From contig JBITNC010000002.1 in NCBI GenBank assembly GCA_050084985.1, positions 35,960,001 to 36,024,000 of the forward strand: 64,000 bases of DNA, in the 5' to 3' direction. Positions 1 through 12,199 of this stretch are shown here, in pieces (the first letter of the stretch is position 1; every line of letters begins with the position of its first letter). The notes under the pieces are model-generated. The model saw only the letters and a program-made list of their open reading frames with translations, was not told where the DNA came from and searched no databases. Source of the stretch: Nageia nagi (lineage: Eukaryota > Plantae > Pinophyta). The position numbers and the translations under genes were made by a program.

Positions 1-3000
1 CAAAAGGAACCTAGCTGAGTTTTTCTTGGTAAATAACAACACATATCAAGGCATAGGAGATGACCCCTAAAATGCTATGGATGACCTCAAAGAACTATTT
101 GTTTCTTGATAATTTGTAGGAAGGCTAGTGTGCACATTGATATCAATATCCATGTTGGGTGACAAAGAGATATAGGGGATTGATTCTTGTTATTTGATAG
201 ATGCCCTCATTATGGTTAATATGAAGGATAAGGGGATTGCATTCTAGTACTAATGTGGGGTTCTAATGGGAATTTAACCATAAAACCAAAATAAAGATAC
301 CTATACTACTATATACATATCAGAAAACTATAAATGAAAAGAGAAAGAATAACAATGTGTATCTTTTCACCACATTGGGGAAATATTACTCACAAAGTTG
401 ATACTTGTGTTTGATGAAATTCAGGAATGGATTATTGAAGATTCAATTGCTCATGTTATTCTCATGCTGAGGACCTCTTAATTGCTTTATCTTATCATCT
501 AACTTAGGTTCTAGGAAAGATACCTTCTTTTGATCAATTATTTCATGAATCTTGTTAAGCAATATCACATAATATTTTGTTGTATATCCTCACTTTTGAT
601 GATATTCATAAAACTCATCTTATTTGCATTCTTTTGGTACTTCTACTATAAAGGATGGTTGAGTTGTAGGCTTAGGTGGTGGAATTAGCAATTTCCTCTT
701 AATCAAAACCCTTATGACTTCATCAATATCATCATGGATAGGTGTGAATTTTTGTCTAGAAAATTTTTAACGTTCTATATAGACTAATTTCTCTTTTTTG
801 TCCACTTTTCAAACTTTATTTACTACTACTACTTGTTGTTGTACTAATTCCACTTTAGCTACTATTTGAGATTCTTAGGATTGTTCATTTTTGTACCACT
901 ATTGAGGTTGTGAAAGTAATGTTGAAAATTGTAATGTAATATTGTGTAATATTTTTTTTTAATGTAAATTCACTTAATATTAAAGTATCTTTAGATACCT
1001 TAAAGCATTAAGGTAATAAATATAGAAACACCTTTAACATTACCCTTGGGTAAAAGAAAGATTAAAAGGTGGGTTTCTTCTTATAAATAGAGAGACACCC
1101 CTTTCATTATGTAACTTGATGAAGCATGGTAATGCTTATCTTGTAGAATTGTAGGAATGCTCTTGTAGAAGCTTTGTATAAGAATTCTTGTAAAAAAATT
1201 CTTGAGAATTTAGTAAGAGGGTTATCTTGTGGGAAGCAATAGAAATGATGGTTTAAAGTGGATATACTCCCAAGAGATGGAGGAACCATTATATACATGA
1301 TGTGTTATTTTTTATATGATTAATTATTACTTTGCTAGAAAGATAAATGTTAGATTTGTTGAAGAAGCTTCAAGGTGATCTTAGTTTATGGAATCCTTCA
1401 ATTCCATCAAGTGGTATCAAAGCCTTCCTTGTTGTGGTCTCCTTGAATTTATACTTGGTTGATTGTGCATCTGATAGTGTTGTGCACATATGATATTGTT
1501 GATATCATGTTATTGTTCATACATTTTGTTTAGTATGCACATGTGATATATAGTTGATGATGTATGTCATCTTTGATGTTGTGCATATGTGATGACTTGA
1601 TATTTTTAATCAATTTATAGATGATATATATCTTATATGAGTGTATATGATGTATCTAATTGATCTTATTTATGAGCTACTTGTAACTTGCATATTCTTC
1701 TTGAGATTACCAATTACTTCGAGTATGCAGGCTCATCATATCAACATGTTAAATAACTACTCTTGTACAAAGAAACTATATTTTGGTTAGTAATTGTATT
1801 GTAAAACCATTTGTTAAAATGATTAAGTAGTTTAGCTATTGTAGAACCATCTATATTCTATCACTTTCTCAAAGATGTAAAAAGTTCTCAACTTCACTTG
1901 TATCTCTATGGAGGAGAACTCTCTCTTACTCTTTATCTTTGCTTTTCAACTCTCTACCCAATATTGAATTAAAAGAGAGTGTTGGAAATTGTAATGTAAT
2001 ATTGTGTAATATTTATTTTTAATATAAATTCACTTAATACTTAAAGTATATTTAGATACCTTAAAGCATTAAAGGAATAAATATAGAAAGAAGAATAAAT
2101 ATAGAAACACCTTTAACTTTACCTTTGGGTAAAAAGAAGGTCAAAAGGTGGGTTTCTTATTATAAATAAATAGGTACCCCTTTCATTATGTAACTTGATT
2201 AAGCATGATAATGCTTGTCTTGTAGAATTGTAGGAATGAGATTAGGGGATAAGTATACCTTAAATTTGATGTTGTGCATATGTGATAAATTGGTATTTTT
2301 TATTAGTTTATGGATGAAATCTATCTCATATGAGTGTATATGATGTATATAATTGATCTTATTTATGAGTTACTTGTAGCTTGCAAGTTCTTCTTAAGAT
2401 TACAAGTTATTTCAAGTATGTAGGCTCATGGAGGCTCATCATATCAACATGTTGTTGAATGACTACTCTTGTACAAAGAAACCATTTTTTAGTTAATAAT
2501 TGTATTATAAAACCATTTATTAAAATGGTTAATTAGTTGAGCTATTGTAGAACCATCTATATTCAATTACTTTCTTAAAGATGTAAAAAGTTCTCAACTC
2601 CACTTGTATCTCTATGGAAGAGAAATCTCTCTTACTCTTTCTCTTTATCTTTTTAACTCTCTACCCAATATTGCATTAAGGAGGAGTGTTGGAAATTATA
2701 ATGTAATATTATGTAATATTTCTCTTTAATATAAATTTACTTAATGCTTAAAGTATCTTTAAATACCTTAAAGCATTAAGGGAATAAATATAGAAAGAGG
2801 AATAAATATAGAAACACCTTTAATGTTACCCTTGGGTAAAGAGAAGGTTAAAAGGTGGGTTTCTTCTTATAAATAGAAAGGTACCCCTCTCATTATATAA
2901 CTTAATGAAGCATGGTAATGCTTGTCTTGTAGAATTGTAGGAATGCTCTTGTAGGAGCTTTGTAGAAGAATTCTTGTAAAAGAATTTCTGAGAATTTAGT

Positions 3001-5145
3001 AAGAAAGTTATCTTATGAGAAGTAATAGAAATGATGGTTCAAAGTGGATGTACTCCCAAAAGATGGAGGAACCACTATACATGATGTGTTGTTTTTTATG
3101 TGATTGATTATTACTTTACTAGAAGGATGAATGTTAGTTTTGTTAGAGAAGCTTCAAGGTGATCTTGGTTTATGAAATCCTTCAATTCCATCAAGCTAGG
3201 TGAATCAAATGAAATTTTATTTTCCCAATAATACTTATAGAAACACATCAAGAGGTATTTTACATTAGTCAAAACATTCTATCATGTACTTTAGTTGAAG
3301 AGCTTCAATGAAAGCTAGAATCTTCATATTATCATTGGTATGAATTTGATTAACCTTTTTAGTCCAAAATATGATAAATTTCTCAATATAATGACCTTCT
3401 CTTTGCTTTAGCTTCATCAAATCATTGAATATAACCTTTTTGGCAATGTGGATTTGATAATGATAATAAAATATTGTCTTCAACTATGCAAAACTATTAA
3501 TTCTAGCATTTGGTAATTTCCTAAACCATTTTGTAGGAATAGGAACTACTACTTTTGCTTAAGGCTCAATGTTCACACTAAGGTTAGCACTGACATTGAT
3601 GAGAGCATTCACGTTAGCATGTAGGAGGATAAATAGGCAAACATTTAGCATAGGTGTAGACCTATTTGTGAAGAATTCAAAATTCATATTATGAGGTATG
3701 AGTCATGTCGTCAGAAGGTATGTTCTCCTTGTACCTATTATAATGTCATAATTTTGTTGCTTAACCACTTCTTTATATTCAAGTGCATCAACTGCATAAG
3801 CTTTTTCCTCACTTGGTAATAAATGAGAAGCTTGATGAACATGTGCTTATTTTCTTTCGAACTCATAACCTTCTTGAATACCTCACCATCACTCAATCAG
3901 GTAATGATGTCTTCTTCAGTTTTAATAGGAGCTTGTTGATGTGATAGCATCTGATATCTAGTATTATCTAAATTAATCCTTTAATTTACTATCTTAACTA
4001 AACTATCAAATCTATCTGGAAAACTCTCATTGTCTAAAGTATTATCACTAGCAACTTCATTTATTTGTCCTTGTACATCGGTAGATGGTTGTTTGGTGCA
4101 AATTCTTTCACTTCACCTTTGAACCATATTAGGTCTACCAATTCTTATTCTTTTTGGAGTTTTCTTGGCTATAGGGTTAGTATTAAGATGTGCATTTTCA
4201 TTGCTAGTAACAAAGAAAACTTTAGGAATGTAATGTGTAAACAAAACCATTAATAGGTTTGACATTGCGATAGAATTGTAGGTTTGAAAGCAACTTTTAT
4301 TCTAATCCTAATTAAGAGAAATAAAAATCCATAAATGGATGGATGCCAATATGTTTATATGTGTTTTGGTATCTCCTAGGGTTTTAGCCTAAATGAACTA
4401 AATACATATAAACATTTATGTATGATTTATCTAAGCTAATTGAACTCAAATGAAAATACATGAATTATGGAATATAATAGTGTAGTAATAGAATAACAAA
4501 ATTTCATTGATGTCAAGATGTAAAATGAGCTACACACATTAAAGATTAAGGAATTAAATGAAAGATAAATACATGTATGTTTCTACTTGTATTGTAGTTG
4601 AGGATATCATGGACAAACTTATCAAAGAGTAGTGATGTTACTATGAGAACCCAAGGCCAATTGTAGAAGAAATACCAGTGTGGGCGTTAATCTCCAAAAG
4701 CTTAGTGTGAGTGCTAGCATTCTTAAGGAATGAGGCTCACCAACAAGGATTGATGATAGCAGATATGATCATAAGTAAAATTGATCATATGATCATGAAA
4801 ATTAATAACATATATTCACTCGAGTGGCAAAAAGATTATAGTCTCAATATGTGGTGTTTAGAAATACCCAAGAGTAGGGTATCAGCTATCAATATGTAAT
4901 CTAAGCATACTTTTCCTAGGTTAGAGATACTTACATTTATATCAAGAGTGATATCACCATTTTATCCCTTAAATATTTATTGAATCCATCCTGGTGTACC
5001 TAAAATAAAAATAAGAACACAACCTAAGAAATATTTGATAAAAAGGGTAAAATATGACTAAAATATGATTAAATGTGGTTAAATATGTATATAAAGTTGT
5101 ACCTAAGTGGGACCATGTTAAGGGGACCACTTTTAGGTGTCAACA
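1..5145 (-). mobile_element. Decayed Ty3/Gypsy element (gag region plus probable 5' LTR ~4236-5145), interrupted by the TRIM array and running off the left edge
   Basis: Minus-strand translation at ~3265-3540 gives KWFRKLPNARINSFA*LKTIF...LMKLKQREGHYIEKFI (Retrotrans_gag-like). Around 530-650 it gives a decayed Cys-His motif (EFYEYHQK*GYTTKYY..LNKIHEIIDQK) that resembles the Gypsy at 54.3 kb. A typical LTR terminus AGGTGTCAACA ends at 5145. Confidence 0.65.
920..3193 (+). mobile_element. Tandem-array TRIM (LTR-internal-partial LTR-internal-LTR), non-coding
   Basis: TG...CA LTRs at 920-1409 and 2687-3193, with a truncated LTR at 1980-~2238. Met-type PBS TGGTATCAAAGCC at 1412-1424. PPTs at 1971-1979 and ~2678-2686. 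The internal segment is repeated (~1575-1979 vs ~2265-2686) and has no ORF. Flanks AGTAA/AGCTA are only a weak TSD. Confidence 0.85.
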
Positions 5146-7193
5146 CCTTCACTTTATTCTTTAGGTTAATCATACTCATCAACATCATCACGAGTTATAA
5201 ATGTTGATTCCTCTTCCTTTTCCTGTAAACTGTCTTTGTACATGCATTTTTCTAAATATTACATCTATACTTGTAATGATTTTTTATCATATCCCATAAT
5301 TTGAAACCCAAACCATCAATATCATATCTAATGAAGTAACATTTTTGAGAATTTACATCAAGTTTATTTTATTTTATTTATCAATATGTACAAAAACCTC
5401 ACAACCAAATACTCTAAGGAATGAGTAATTTACCCTTTTGCATATGTGTGCATTTCCTCTAGAATGCCTCCATTTAAATTCATAGATAGACCTTTGTTAA
5501 TCAAATAAACACTAGTGTCAACAATATTAACCCAAACATATAAAGGTAAATATGCATGTATCCTCATAAATAAAAGTGACAAAGTAATAATAACCATCAA
5601 GTGAAGTACTTATGCAGGACCCCACACATATGTATATTTAACCAATTATAACCTCTCCTTTTTCTTCTTTTTTCCTAATTTTAGAAAGCTAACTCTTGTT
5701 TTTTTTTCATACATAGTCTTCACAAAATCCCATGTCAAGTTCTTTTAGACTAGGAAGCAACTTCTTAGAGTGTAGTAATTTTATACCTTTCTCACTCATG
5801 TTTCCAAGTATACTATGCCATAGAGTTGTATATTCACATGCAAATACTATATTTATGAAGTAAACAAAGATATTTGTAAGCAAATAAAGAGTGCCTACCA
5901 TGCTACCCTTTGCAACCACCATTGAACCCTTTGAAATCTTCCAAATAGAATTACCAAATGCAACCATATATCTTTCCTTATGCAATTTATTTGTTGATAT
6001 GAGATTTATTTTAAGATAAATAATGTATCTTGCTTCATTTAAAATCTATTTTGTGTCTTTAGGTAATTTTATTATTATATTTCCAACACCAATTATCTTG
6101 CATGGATGTGCATTACGTAATAGTACTTTATCATAGTCACTAGGAATATAATTTGTAATTAAGTACTCTTTATATGAAGTATCATGAAAAGAAGCACCAT
6201 AATCAATCACCCAATATTCATTATTTCTATTGAGAGATATTGTCAAGGAATCTTGTTGTATTTCACCAACTATATTTGCTTCTTGATTATGAGTACTTTT
6301 ATTATTATTAATTTCCTTTTCTTTGTCCTTTTAATTCCAACATTCCTTTTTAAGGTAAGTCTTTTTACCATAATACGAATATTATAATTTAGTTTTACCT
6401 TTAGATTATGATCTACCTTTGAATTTTATTCTTGAATTTATTTTTCCTCTTTCCCTTGATCTTCCCCTAGTCTCAATTGTAAGAGCAACATTGGAATTTT
6501 CACCTATAGACTTTATCCTCATGTATTCACTTAGAATAGTTCCAAAAACTTCATAAAAGGCCATCGTTGCACTAGAAGAAGAGTTACTAAAAACCATAAC
6601 AAAGTTATTCTAACTATCAAGAAGAGAACACAATATTAACAATTCTCTTATCTCATCATCAAACTCAATTTTAACTGAAGTTAATTAGTTTGTAGCAATG
6701 TTGAATTTGTTAACATGGTCTTGGAATGAACTACCTTCATTCATCTTCATGTTAAATATCCTTTCCTCAAGTATACCTTATTTGAGTAGGATGAATTTTA
6801 ATACATTTTAGTAAGTTTTTCCATTACACCTTTAGTATTTTTCACATCTAAAATATTGAAGGCTACATTAGAGATTTAGCAAATTCTAACAACACCTAAT
6901 GCCTTCCTATTTAAAAAATCCCACTCTTCATCTTTCATGGATGAGGTTTTGTTAGATTTCTCTTTAAGAGGTTGGTAGAGGTCCTTTTAGTAAAGGTATT
7001 CCTCCATTTGAATTTTCCAAAATTGAAATCACTGCCTAATAAATATTTCCACCTTCAGCCTTCCTTCGTCTACCATTTGCTCCTCCTAGTCCAAATATAT
7101 AAACAAGAGTCACCAAGCAACCTAACAAATAACAAGTGTTGATACCACTTCTTAGGATCAAATATTTTCAAATAAACTTTCAAAAAATTAGTC
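5146..7193 (-). mobile_element. Copia-1: decayed Ty1/Copia 5' portion (LTR stub, PBS, gag, protease, integrase remnants)
   Basis: PBS remnant at ~7135-7147. gag starts at 7076 (MVDEGRLKVE..FQFWKIQMEEY). Protease motif WVIDYGASFH (6046-6246), pre-integrase TLWHSILGNMSEKG (5707-5985) and a post-integrase GFKLWD..KIITSIDVIF-like segment (~5250-5310). Confidence 0.85.
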
Positions 7194-7395
7194 CTTTTTT
7201 ATTAATGGTAAATTATGTTAATAAAAAAGGTATAATTTTCAAGGACCCCTACTAACCTTTACAAGAATTTGAAGAGTCTTATCTAAACCTATTCTAAAAT
7301 TATAGTGCAAAAGTGAACTAAACAAAACACAAAAATCTAACAAATGCAAGAAACACATCTGATTTACCCTAGTTCACCCAATGTGGGCTAATCCA

Positions 7396-10300
7396 TGATG
7401 GAATTGAAAGATTCCATATAACCAAGATCTTTTTTGGAGTTTTTTTAACAAAAATATGCCATTCATCCATCTAGCAAAAGCAAGAAATAATCACACAAAA
7501 GATAACACATGATGTATAGTGGTTTCTCCATCTCTTGGGAGTACATCCACTTTGAACTATCATTCTATTACTTTCTCAAAAGATAACTCTCCTACAAGTT
7601 CTCAATACAAGCATTACCATGTTTATCAAGTTACATAATGAGAGGAGTACCTCTCTAATTATAAGAACTAACCCACCCTTTAACCTTCCTTTTACCCAAG
7701 GGTAAGGTTAAAGGTGTTTCTATATTTATTCCTTTAATGCTTTAAGGTATCTAAAGATACTTTAAGAATTAAGTGAATTTACATTAAAAAGAAATATTAT
7801 ATAATAAATATCACACAATATTATATTACAATTTTCAACACTCTTCCTTATTGTAAAATTGGGTAGAGAGTCAAAAAGACAAAGAAAGAGAAAGTAAGAG
7901 AGAGTTCTCCTCTAAGAGATATAAGTAGAGATGAGAACTTTTTACATCTTTGAGAAAGTAATAGAATATATATGGTTCTACAATGACTCAATATTTAATT
8001 ATTTTAACAAATAGTTTTATAATAGAATTATTAACCAAAAAAATGATTTCTTTATACAAGAGTAGTCATTCAACAACATGTTGATATGAAGAGCCTCTAT
8101 GAGCCTACATACCCGAAGTAACCTACAATCTCAAGAAGAACCTATAAGCTACAAGAAACTAAAAAAATAAGATCAACTAGATACATCATATATACACATA
8201 TAAGATAGATGTCATCTATAAATTGATCAAATATACCAAGTCATCACATATGCACAATCAACTGAATGATATTAACGCATTCTCAACCAATGATATAAAA
8301 AATATAATCAATCTTTATCAAAAAGAATTTGATTTTTAATTTTTGATTTTTATGCTTATTTTATGTCATTATTCTATATTTGTTAAGGGTATATGAAAGT
8401 GTTATCATAACATAATATTTTATAATTTAATTCTCCCTCTTGATGTCAACTTCACCAAAGAAATACTTATGTGACCATGTTAACTTAACCATATCATAAA
8501 TGATCAAAAAATAATAGAACTAAACCACAAGTTTAGATTTTTAAGCCACACATGACAACTTGACCAAACACAAAGTCAAGATTTATAAACCACATACTAA
8601 ATAAACTTGACTTTACCAAGAGTGAGCCAAGATGACACAATAAATAAACTTGACTTTACCAAGAGTAAGCCAAGATGTCATAATAAATAAATTTGACTTT
8701 ACCAAGAGTGAGTCAAGATGCCATAATAAATAAACTTGATTTTACCAAAAGTGAGTCAAGATGTCATCTTAACCATGCTACTAGTTAAGATGTATATGAT
8801 AGAAAAAGGTAGCATTCATCCAAAAAGGATGTAATTTTCTATCAAAGATTGTAATGTAGAGAAGGACAAACCTTTTTAACCACTCCAACATTCAATAATA
8901 ATGGATAAGGTCAAATATTTTTAACCACTCCAAGAATGTAGTTATGGAGAAGGAAAAACCTTTTTAACCACTCTATACACTATAAGAAGCAATGTGACAA
9001 ATAATCCATCATTATAGATCTAACTTCCCAATATGGAAGTAAAATGTGGTAAACAGTGCCCTATAAGTCATCATGAAGATGCCAAGCCAATTCTTAGTCA
9101 CAACCCTACTAAGGATGAAATAAGCATTACTTCACTCCTTCTTAAGAAAAAATTTATCAACGAAGTTTTATTTTGATAGACAACAAATACAAAGTCCCAT
9201 AAAAAAATTTACTTCTTGATAAAAATATGCTTGGATTTTATATTTTTGTTAGCAATATGGCACAATCCATCAATATGGATATTCTTCCAAAAATATGAAA
9301 GTATACTTAGATTTTACTACCCCTTAAGGGTAACTTCATAAAAAATTGAAGCATATTATAAACAACTACACATGTAGAGAGGAATGTACATTTTTCAAAG
9401 GTTCTTGTAAATTTTCTTTCCAAAGCAAGGTTAATATTGCATTATCAATATCCTCAATAAGACTTGTGGAAAAAGTTTAAATTTTTTTTACTCTAATAAG
9501 TATATTAATCAAAGTGCATAAGTAAAAAAATTTAAGGATTAATGCACAACAGTTTCAATGATGAGTAAGTTTACAAACTCTACTCTAACAAAAATGTGTG
9601 TACACAAAAAAAATTCCATCCAGCTAAGATAAAAATAATATGCATAATTAATGAGGATAGTAATGTTTGAATAAAGTTTACACAAACTTTCACTTCAAAT
9701 GATGTGCATAACATTATTATTTTGGAAGTTCAAAAATTTTCATATTAACCATTGATATAATAAATGCCAATTCATAGTTCAACGCACATAATAAATCTTT
9801 ATGCAATATAAATTAATTTTAATTTTCAACCAAAGGATAGTACATAAAAATTAGACAATTTTTCATAATGCACATCCATAAGTTTTCATTTTAACATTAT
9901 GCAAATTTAATTATCAATATATTGGACATTATCAATTAAATTGATTTTATATATCCAATGTTAAAATAAATTGCAATACTTGCAAAAAATGATTGCACAA
10001 TAATGGTTGCAATTAATTGCTTTGTAAATTAACATTGATCATTTTCTTTAAAAAAATACCAAACAAAGCATATGATTTGCAAATTATCATAGTATTTTAC
10101 CTTAAAAGTTTATCCAAAAATTAAAAAAAAAAAGATTTTGATACTTATCAAATACTATATTTGCAACATTATTACTTAAAAAAGCTATTAAAACTATTAA
10201 AAAATAGATCAAAGTTATAATTTTTATACAGGATTTAGAAAAATTAGGAAAGATCACATTTCTTTTTTATGAAGTGGGAAAACAAAATTTTGCACATGGT

Positions 10301-11910
10301 AAATTTAACCAACTAGTGTCATTTGTATTTAAATGCTTTACCAAAAAATTAAAAATTGATGTTGACACTTACTACCACATGGCAAAAATCAGTAAATTTA
10401 GGATAATTCAATAGAAATGTTTACTTTTTAGAAAATCATATCCCATTTACTTTTTTTAGAAAAAATCCATATCCTATATGCTAAAAATGGGTAACATGCC
10501 TCTTTTTAAAAAAGTTTCCCCTTTTTAAAATCCTTTACTTTTCTTTTTTTTAAAAAAAAAAAAAAACTTGTCTTTTTTGTTGTTGCTTTTCTTAAAAGGA
10601 TTCTCACTAAAATTGTATTAGAGAAAATAAAAGGTTAGTGCAAACTTATCATGCACTTGAATTGCCTTCTTTAAAAAAAAAAAAAAATTTAACTTTTCCC
10701 TTATTTTTTAATAGGTTGTACATGCATGCAATAATGCATGATTTTTTTCATGCATACAATAATGCATGATTTTTTTCATGCATGCTTTTTTTTTTATGCA
10801 TGCAATAATGCGTGTTTTTTCTTTTTCTTTTTTTTTTTTTTCTTCTCATGGATGCAATAATGCATGCTTATTTTTTTTAAATTGCAATTACAAAAAAAAT
10901 TGCAACTAAAAAAAAATAATAAACTTTTAAAAAAAAAAAAAAAAATAGATTTTGCATGGAACCAAATTGCATGCAACCAGATTTGGTATGCAACCAAATT
11001 TTGGATGCATGAAATCATGTATGCACATTAATTTTGACAAACTTACTATAAAAAAATTGTGCAATAGCATTATAGCGGTATTGTAAAAATAAAAAAATTT
11101 CAAGACTTTTAACTTTTTCTATACTAAATAGAAACTTGCAATTTTAAGCTATAACAACTCATTTTAAAGAAATTTACTCAAAATTTGCATATTATTACTA
11201 CACATTAAGCAATTTTATTGAAAAATTGCAACTAACAAATTGTTAGAAAAAAAATAATGCATAGTAAAAATTGAACTAACATGTTCTTTAATCAAATTTT
11301 GCTAGACTATGATAAAAGCAAAAAATTTGATAAGAAGAGGTAGATTATACCTTCAAACCTTTTTACCTCAACATTTGATAGATAGAGAAGAGGAATGGAC
11401 CTTCAAGGTTGTTGAAGAGAAGACTCCAAGAATGGCTCTAATACCACTTGATGGAATTAAAAGATTCCATATAACCAAGATCTTCTTGGAGTTTTTTCAG
11501 CAAGAATGTGTCATACATCTATCTAGCAAAAGTAAGAAATAATCATACAAAAGATAATACATGATGTATAGTGGTTCTTCCATCTCTTGGGAGTACATTC
11601 ACTTTGAACCATCATTTTATTACTTTCTCAGAAGATAACTCTTCTACAAATTTTCAAAATAAGCATTACCATGCTTGATCAAGTTACATAATGAGAAGAG
11701 TACCTCTTTATTTATAAGAACTAACCCACCTTTTAACCTTCCTTTTACCAAGAGTAAGGTTAAAGGTGTTTCTATATTTATTCTTCTTTTTATTTTTATT
11801 CATTTAATACTTTAAGGTATCTAAAGATACTTTAAGCATTAAATGAATTTACATTAAAGAGAAATATTACATAATAAATATTACATAATATTACATTATA
11901 ATTTTCAACA
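7396..11910 (-). mobile_element. 4.5-kb non-coding LTR element (LARD-like) of the same LTR family as the TRIM array, inserted in the Copia-2 3' LTR
   Basis: LTRs at 7396-7840 and 11449-11910. PBS TGGTATTAGAGCC at 11434-11446 and PPT at 7841-7850. TSD ATCCA (7391-7395)/CTCCA (11911-11915); the uninterrupted Copia-2 LTR reads GGGCTA-CTCTA-GCATG at this point. No recognisable retroelement ORF inside. Confidence 0.9.
8598..8767. repeat. 43-bp tandem repeat x4
   Basis: TAAATAAACTTGACTTTACCAAGAGTGAGCCAAGATG.. starting at 8598, 8641, 8684 and 8727. Confidence 0.95.
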
Positions 11911-12199
11911 CTCCAGCATATCAAGAGCTTCTCCTCCTTCTATATTATTGCTTGCAATGAACAATTCATCATAAATAGCTCATTAAAATGAATATATAGG
12001 AAAACCCTCAACCCTAAACTACAATATGGTATTAAAAAACCATGGCCTAAACCACCCATCCTTGTACTAAGATGAAACCTTGGAAATTCCACTAATGCCA
12101 AGTGTAAATAGGTGAATCTCAAGTGAATCACCAAAATAGTTTTCTCTAAAGGATGAGCCATATCCAATATTATCCCACTTTGTGAATACTTTGCAAAAA

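Noticed and set aside
8598-8767. Possible CRISPR-like array
   Set aside because: The repeats are head-to-tail with no unique spacers, the context is eukaryotic and there are no cas genes.
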